Part shown: positions 57,126 to 64,000 of the stretch, in pieces
How positions within the stretch are numbered: the stretch's first letter is position 1
Layout: the number at the start of each line of letters is the position of its first letter
NCBI GenBank assembly: GCA_965113315.1
Contig: OZ220367.1
Reading direction: 5' to 3' (one strand)
Length of the DNA: 64,000 nt
Origin: Podarcis vaucheri
Lineage: Eukaryota
Notes under the pieces: generated by a model
Database searches by the model: none
Told to the model about the DNA's origin: nothing
What the model saw: the letters and a program-made list of their open reading frames with translations, nothing else
Position numbers and translations under genes: made by a program

Positions 57126-60100
57126 TATTTCACAAATCAACAAACATTTTCATAATAATTGCTTTGCATTAGCCTTTCCTCAAAAAAGCTTTACAGTCAT
57201 AGTTCCAGTAGATTAAAACTACGTTCTAATGTAGATAGAAGCAAATCTGCATTTGTAAGTTAATATTAAATGTTCACAAAATGTTCACCTAAATAAGGTG
57301 AGGCTTAAAATTGACTACTTTGAAAACAGTAGTAATTCAGTGCTTGAATTGTTATGCTTAATTTTGACTTAATTTAGGAGGATGCTAGAAAGTGTGATAT
57401 GTTAAGGATGAATGAAACACACAGAAAGAACTCTGCTGGACACAAGCAAAATAATCTGATGATTATTCTAAGTTCACTCGTGTTGATCACAACCTGTTCT
57501 ACAAGGGCCCAAGACATTATTCAAGGGAAATTTAGCAGTTAGGATCACATGTAGTCGCAGTTGGTACAGTCACAGTGCTTCCAAGTTTGAGTAACCAGAT
57601 CAGCACCTGAGAGAGCTCCCAGTGAGCCAAACCTGGCAGAAGTTTCTTCCCTCATTGGATAACATGGGAAGATGCTAACACAGCAAGTTGTTGTTCTCCT
57701 TGGATTTTAATGGCATTTCCAGGCTATAACATTATTACTCCTCTATTCTAATTGTTCATAAATCCTACAACAAGGAGTTGCCTGGTTTTGTATTCTTAAG
57801 CTTTTGTGAAGCTGAGGAGAGGGGTTGTGCGGTTGGTAGCTCATCCTCTGACAATGTGGTTATGTATTTTGGCTGGGACAGTGCAAAAGAGGGTCCCAAA
57901 GGATCCCACTTTGAGACAACACCCCAAACCTTCTGCTTGTCTGCAACATCCCTCATGCCTTGTAAGAACCCAGAGCCAGGGGTTGTGACACACATAAATT
58001 ACGGTACTATAATTTCTCAAAATTCCATTCAGGTTAGACCCTAAATTTTGTTGCACATTCTCAGGGCTGCAGAGTATTATATATATATTCTTAAAATTGC
58101 TTCACTTTATAATATAATTTCATCTGAAGCCACACTGCATCATGCTTTTTGTAGTTTTGAACTTCCTTTTCCTTTGACTCTGAATGGAGTAGAGGTCACT
58201 TGGGAGTAAACATTCAATATTTTAAGTGTATCTTAAGTGCAAAAATGTGGTGCTGTTGGGATGGACAAAATTATGGGATGGACTCGAGGCAAAGGACTGA
58301 AAATATTACAATAAATATGGCATGCTGGTAGCTCTTATATTGAAAATCCTAAATTACCAAAATCTTCCAGAATGAACATACAGAGTTTCCTCAAAAAACT
58401 ATGGATTTCAGTAAGGCTACATGAATTTCCAGGCAAGCATACTGATGCAGCCATAGTATTTGAGTATGATTTTACTATTGATGGATTTTGGCTGTGGTCG
58501 TATTATTTGAAATTTAGTTTACAATTATAATATAAATATTGTGCAGAGAGAATAACCAAATGTTGCCATATTGTTCCACAGATATTGACCTCTGGATAAT
58601 GAAATGATAACTTTGGAATGATTTCTATAGGTCCCTTGCAAGAAAAAGAGAGTGAGATGTGAGTAGCATCCAGGAGCTGATTGGCAGACCTTTGTCTTTT
58701 CTGTGAGCAGACATCTATTTTCTTCCTTCTCATTTAAAGATTCTAGTCATAACTGTGACTCAAAGCCTAATGATCTTGGAGATCTTGGCTGAACTGTGCC
58801 CATCAGAGGAGGCTGTTAACAGAAGTACTTTAAAATACTTCATCTATATTTCTTTTGTTTTAGCATCAAACGTTAAATGAACCACATCAAATAAGAACAA
58901 AATAGCACTTCTGCCCACTTAATGGGCTAACTGCAGTGCAAAGTGCCCAGGGCAGCATGCAGTTACGCTTCAAATACATCTTCACTCACTGATAAGATCC
59001 AGACCAGACTATAATGAAATTAACAGTGTATATCACTGGCCCTAGCACACATACACACTTCCTAAAGCATCAGATTAAAACAAGGGCAGTATCCAACTAA
59101 GTCCTACTTAGAGTAGACCATTGAAATTAACGTACCTACATTAATCCTACCCATAGATTTCAGTGAACCTTTTCAGATAATTATTGTCATGTGGGCAGGG
59201 TAGGGGGGAAGAGCTATTTTCCCTCAGACTTACAAACAAAACGAATGCACACTATGGAAGGAGAGTGGAGGGAAAAGGTAGAGGAGAGAGATCAATGTGA
59301 AAAGATCAGAATTTCAGCAGAAAGTTAAAGTATATGCCCTGACTGGAAATGAAGTTGTATGGCTGCCCCCAAAACCTTTGCAGGCACAAATATTAATAAT
59401 AATAACAGTAATAATACATTTATTGTCATTGTACAACCTGTGTACAATGAAATGAAATTAAATCATATTGAAAGGGGGATTGTACATGACTGTCCCGATA
59501 GTATGCCTTGTGAGCACAGATAACCATGAATGCACAATAAAAAGAACACCCTTAATTCACATGGATACTTGTGAATAAACAGTTTGTCCAAATGTCCATG
59601 CATGTTCTGCTGTGGCAATGGAAACCTGTCCAAATTGACCTTTAGATGTTACCACAATGCAAGTATTAATAATATATCTGTGCACAAATAAGTACTCTCA
59701 GAAACAATTTCAACCATTTGTGCCTAAGGTACTGACAAGATCCCTTTTAATATATATTGGCTTTTTGTATCTGGCGGTGAGAATGTCAGCTCCTTGGAGG
59801 CAAGGAGGGCTTGAGAGACTAAGAAAGCCGACGATTTAAACTTGAGCAATACTAAATAGCCATTGTCAACATGGACTGCAGTGAGATGGGGCAAAGAATA
59901 GCAGTCTACAGATCAGAAGGCCTTTCATGTCACGATGTTCGCAGTACAGTATATTCTGTCACAAGCAAATTTGTTCCTCTCCATTCTATCTACAAAACAT
60001 GTGGAAATACAACTGAAGGCTAATTCTGCTTTGATGTTCTATGAAAGCCCAATTCCTTTTTCTTCTGATGCAATATTTCTATTGATGTTTCATTAAAATG

Positions 60101-60684
60101 CATTAAAAATGTGATTCCCTATCACCAAAGCATTATCTACACAACTATTCATTTTTTGATGGACTAGGACTTCAAATACAAATGTAATTACACATATGTT
60201 TACAGCTAAACCTTCAACTTGAAATGCATGTCTGTCCCTGTCACTCTGGTCAGTTTTTGTACATAAGGAGGTTTCAGAAGGCATTTACATATCATGAGGA
60301 GAATTATTTTCTATCCCAGGAAAATATATTAATACACACTTTGATATGACTTCTTACGTATTTTAAAAATGCCTTATTTATGCCTAATGCTTTACAGACC
60401 TTTACAGACCTAATGCTTTACATGAGTCTGACCCAAACATGCCATGATAGTTAAGCAATGCCTTTCAGTCTCTTTCATTCTCTCAAGAGCCAATGTGGGA
60501 TTTAGGTTAGAGTAGTGGGCAAGGATCTGGACCTTGGGGCATTCATCACATCACATCTCAGCCTAACCTAATTCACAGGATTGTTGTGAGAATAAAACGA
60601 GAAGATAGAACAACCATGCTGGCTACCTTGAGCTTCTTGGAAGAATAAATTAAAAAGAAGTGACCAAAATGGTTAGATAGAAAT

Positions 60685-61033
60685 GTAAAGGTAAAGGGAC
60701 CCCTGACCATTAGGTTTAGTCGTGGACGACTCTGGGGTTGTGGCGCTCATCTTTCTTTACTGGCCAAGGGAGGCAATGCACAGCTTCCGGGTCATGTGGC
60801 CAGTATGACTAAGCCGCTTCTGGTGAACCAGAGCAGCGCATGGAAACGTCGTTTACCTTCCCGCCGGAGCGGTACCTATTTATCTACTTGCACTTTGACA
60901 TGCTTTCGAACTGCTAGGTTGGCAGGAGCAGGGACCGAGCAACGGGAGCTCACCCCGTTACGGGGATTCGAACCACTGACCTTCTGATCGGCAAGTCCTA
61001 GGCTCTGTGGTTTAACCCACAGCGCCACCCGCG
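60685..61033 (-). mobile_element. Sauria SINE
   Basis: Reverse complement of the copy at 10995, with near-identical translated text in the ORF track. The GTAAAGGTAAAG tail is the reverse of ACCTTT. Confidence 0.9.
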
Positions 61034-61509
61034 AAACATATAGAACACTAAAATAAGGACACTTATAGTCCACTACCTTCTGATGGCTAGAAAAATCTGC
61101 TCAAGTACTCTTTTCTTGAAACTCATTGTATGAAGTCTGCCTTCTAATGGAGACTTCATCACAGAGCAAACCAAGGCGTAGTTGGCACAAAAATGTTTGG
61201 TGATGGAAAATCTGACTTTATGAATTTAAAGCATTTTCAAATTCTGGAAGAGAGATTTTTAGTGGCAGCCAAGAATGTAACTCTGCTTACAAAATGCAAG
61301 TTGTATATTTACTAGTATGGTCATAGAAACACATTAGGTGGGATCCAGGCTAAGTTAGGTGAAGTTCCTACTGAAATCAGTAAGACTCCATGGCTAACTT
61401 GCCTGGATTCCAATGGGACCTAAATTCAGCTAATTTACTGACATTAATGGGATTTACTCTCAGAAAAGTGGGCCCAGGCCTTAGTCTGGTTCCACCCCAG
61501 TGATCATAA

Positions 61510-61636
61510 TCCATGTTATTTTTCTGTAAAAAGAGGTGCCAGAACTTCTCCCTTGTTCTCTTATCATCATCATCATCATCATCATCATGGCAATGGTGCC
61601 CACCTGAGAGGTGCTTAAACTGAGTTCCGCCAAGTT
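61510..61636. mobile_element. Degraded hAT-like MITE containing an (ATC)n run
   Basis: Imperfect ends CATGTTATTTTTC / GAAGAAAAGCTCTG, internal GAGGTGC/GAGTTCC repeats, and ATC repeats at 61563-61587. Confidence 0.4.
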
Positions 61637-62499
61637 CCAGCTGAAGAAAAGCTCTGATCATAATTATTATCATAGGTATGCCAATGATAATGATTATGTT
61701 CAAGCAAAGAATAGTGAACTATGTCTACCAATGGCCTGAGAGAATCGGCTGTGAGTCTTGCTGGACCTGCCCCCTTCCTTGTGCTACATTACTTGTGTGG
61801 TGGACAAATGATCAAATCAGCTGTGGAACCTGCTGAAAGAGATTAGTCAAATGTTGACTTCTTTTAGAAATTAGAATTCAATTATTTGTTTGGAGGGGGA
61901 AGAATAACCATGAGATTCTCCTTTCCTCACTGCCATCTGAAAACTGTTCCTAAATATATTTTGTTGGGAGTAAAATCAGTATTTTTTCTTTATTATTTTA
62001 CTTCCAAGGAATTATATGTAGGATTCGGCTGCAACCAGTACCCTGCAAGAGTCCTTGGGTAAGTGAATATATATAATGGTGTAGAAATAAACTGGCTAGC
62101 ACATTTGCAAAGCTAAGCAGGGTCTGGTATGGTTTCAAATTGGATTGGAGACTGTGTGTTGAGATTCGGGGGTTGGGCTAGATGACCCTTGGATTCCCTT
62201 CTAGCTCTATGACTCAGTGACTCCATATATAGTCATTATAATTCAGGGTGATCCCTTATAAAGCATAATAATAATATAATAATAATAATAATATATTATT
62301 TATACCCCACCCATCTGGCTAGGTTTCCCCAGCTACAATGAATGCCAACAGGGAAACATAGGAGTTTAATTTGTTGTTGTTGTTGCTGTTGTTGTTGTTT
62401 AAAAACTTATGCTATTTTAAAGGTCCCTGTGGTTTAACAAAGCTGCTAAAGGACCCATGCCGTTTCTAAATATTTACACATTTGTCTATAACAAAGGAA

Positions 62500-63260
62500 G
62501 GTGCATCTGCTATTAGCAGCAGCGTGGAGGAGGCGAGGAGTGTCAGTATCCTGCTCAATGAGTCCCAGCTGGAGACGCCAGAAAAACCCAGCTGGCGGAG
62601 TGAGTTCTTTACACATCGCGCCCCTAGTATTTATCCCTCGCCTCGCAGCTGCAACAGGGACCAAGTGCACGGCAGCAAGCGATGGTTTTGCTGCTTTCTT
62701 CCCGGACCTCCAAGCCAGGCGCTTGCCAAAGTCTGGCAGAGCCGCCTGAGTAGAGCATCCTCCGGGAGCTCCTTGCAAGCGGGGAGCATTTGGTCCAAGG
62801 CAGCGGCGAGGTGACGCGGGGAGTAAAAGCGGGGGCTGGGTGGAGGTGGGGCTGGGAGAGACGCTTGAGTCGAGCTGGGTGCCTGCTTGGAACAAGCAGC
62901 GCCCCAGAGGAGTCTATTGGGAGCGATAAGGATCTGGCGTGACGTCAGAGAGGAGTCTGGTAAGTGGAGCTGCCCAGAGGCGCTGGGAGCTCTTTCGAGT
63001 TCTGCTGGAGAGGACGAGGCAGCGTTTTGCTGAGGCGGAGGGCAGCAGGCAAGCAGCGGCTGGGGGAGCCTCGCCCGCCCAGGAGGGTAAGCGAAGCCCC
63101 TGGCGCGTGGGGAGGGAATTTAGGCGGGAAAAGGGAGCAGGCGAGAGAAAAGGCGGGGAAAAAGTGAGGGCGAGTGGCGCGCCCAGAGGGAGAGGCGTGG
63201 GGTGGGGCTGGGAGTGGGGGGCGCTCACGTGGAGAAGTGAGTGAGGGGGGCGGGCAGGAA
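62500..63260 (+). promoter_or_regulatory. SLC18A2: CpG-island promoter with a perfect CRE; probable SLC18A2 (VMAT2) promoter and non-coding first exon
   Basis: GC/CpG-rich. TGACGTCA at 62940-62947, GC boxes, and a candidate donor G|GTAAGC at 63087. Identity is inferred from synteny downstream of KCNK18 and from the known CRE in mammalian VMAT2 promoters; no coding sequence is in the window. Confidence 0.5.
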
Positions 63261-64000
63261 AAAAGGGGTCACGAATGTGAGGTATACTTGGGAGGGAAAC
63301 GTCGAGATTTAGGCCTTGCAAAGCAGGGGTGGGGGGAAGCTGTGCCCATGGCTGGACTGGAACACCCATCTCCCTCGACATTTATTTATTCATTGCGCAC
63401 GCGGTTCTCTTCCTCCTTCAATCCCCACAACAACCCTGTGAGGCAGGGACTGACCCAGGTTCACTCTCTATCCATTACGCCACACATGCTGGATGGGGTG
63501 GCTGATGGGTTTTGGAGTCCAGTAGCATCTGTAGGGCTGCAGCTGCCCCACCCCTTCTGTGTGGGATACTGAGATGGAGCAGGGAAAGTATCTAGTTGGG
63601 CAATGAAGGTGACAAAATACTCAAACAAGTATTGAAAAAAGGGCAATAGAAGTGGTCTAGAAGCGTTAATCCCAGTAACCTTGGTTGCTGTGGCTGGCTC
63701 AAAAATTGATACTGGCACCTGTGGGTTATTAGCTTTGTAAATTGGCTGCTGTTTTTTGAAGTCCTTAAAGTAAAGGGGTGAATAGTGTGTTTTCCGCACT
63801 AAGGTCAGACCTGAAATTGGGCGAGAGTTCTTCTGAGCATGTACAAAGAACATTTGGCTCACTGCTGGACTTTCAAAGCATCTAGGTTTAGAAAGCTGCT
63901 TGTAGGTTAGAGAGAGTGGCTTCCAAGCTGGTTTAATTGTTGGCAGTTATATTTCAGCACTTTGTAGGAGAGGACAGTGGGGGAAAACAGGGAGCACAAA

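Noticed and set aside
57599-57619. RE1/NRSE-like motif (also a half site near 7082-7097)
   Set aside because: The conserved GGA core or right half is mismatched, so it is too weak to call.
62446-63572. Overlapping ORFs in the right CpG island as SLC18A2 coding sequence
   Set aside because: No transmembrane or VMAT-like N-terminal sequence is recognisable.

Overview
This is vertebrate genomic DNA from a squamate reptile; Sauria SINEs support this, and a lacertid lizard is my inference. The window holds one complete host gene, the 3-exon K2P channel KCNK18/TRESK on the + strand (20625-29441, 391 aa). It is flanked by CpG-rich regions at about 1.7-5.7 kb and about 62.5-63.3 kb. By the conserved VAX1-KCNK18-SLC18A2 gene order these are probably the VAX1 upstream region and the SLC18A2 promoter, which carries a perfect CRE. 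The dominant feature is a very young, apparently intact 6566-bp Ty3/Gypsy chromovirus-type LTR retrotransposon of the Tf1/Sushi group (50390-56955, minus strand). It has two 757-bp LTRs that look identical by eye and an AGTAC TSD, and it is nested inside a Tc1/mariner-type MITE. Its pol ORF does not stop after the integrase/chromodomain. It continues about 370 codons through the polypurine tract and across the whole predicted U3 of the 3' LTR. This tail carries FxGF/VFG motifs resembling TND-interacting (LEDGF/IWS1-type) motifs, and it follows a degenerate chromodomain. The element also has a PEG10-like GGGAAAC slippery site with a pseudoknot and a non-tRNA, self-priming-type PBS. The rest is intergenic or intronic DNA rich in MITEs (including a hAT MITE carrying TTAGGG repeats), SINEs, LINE fragments and microsatellites. 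All alignments were done by eye.
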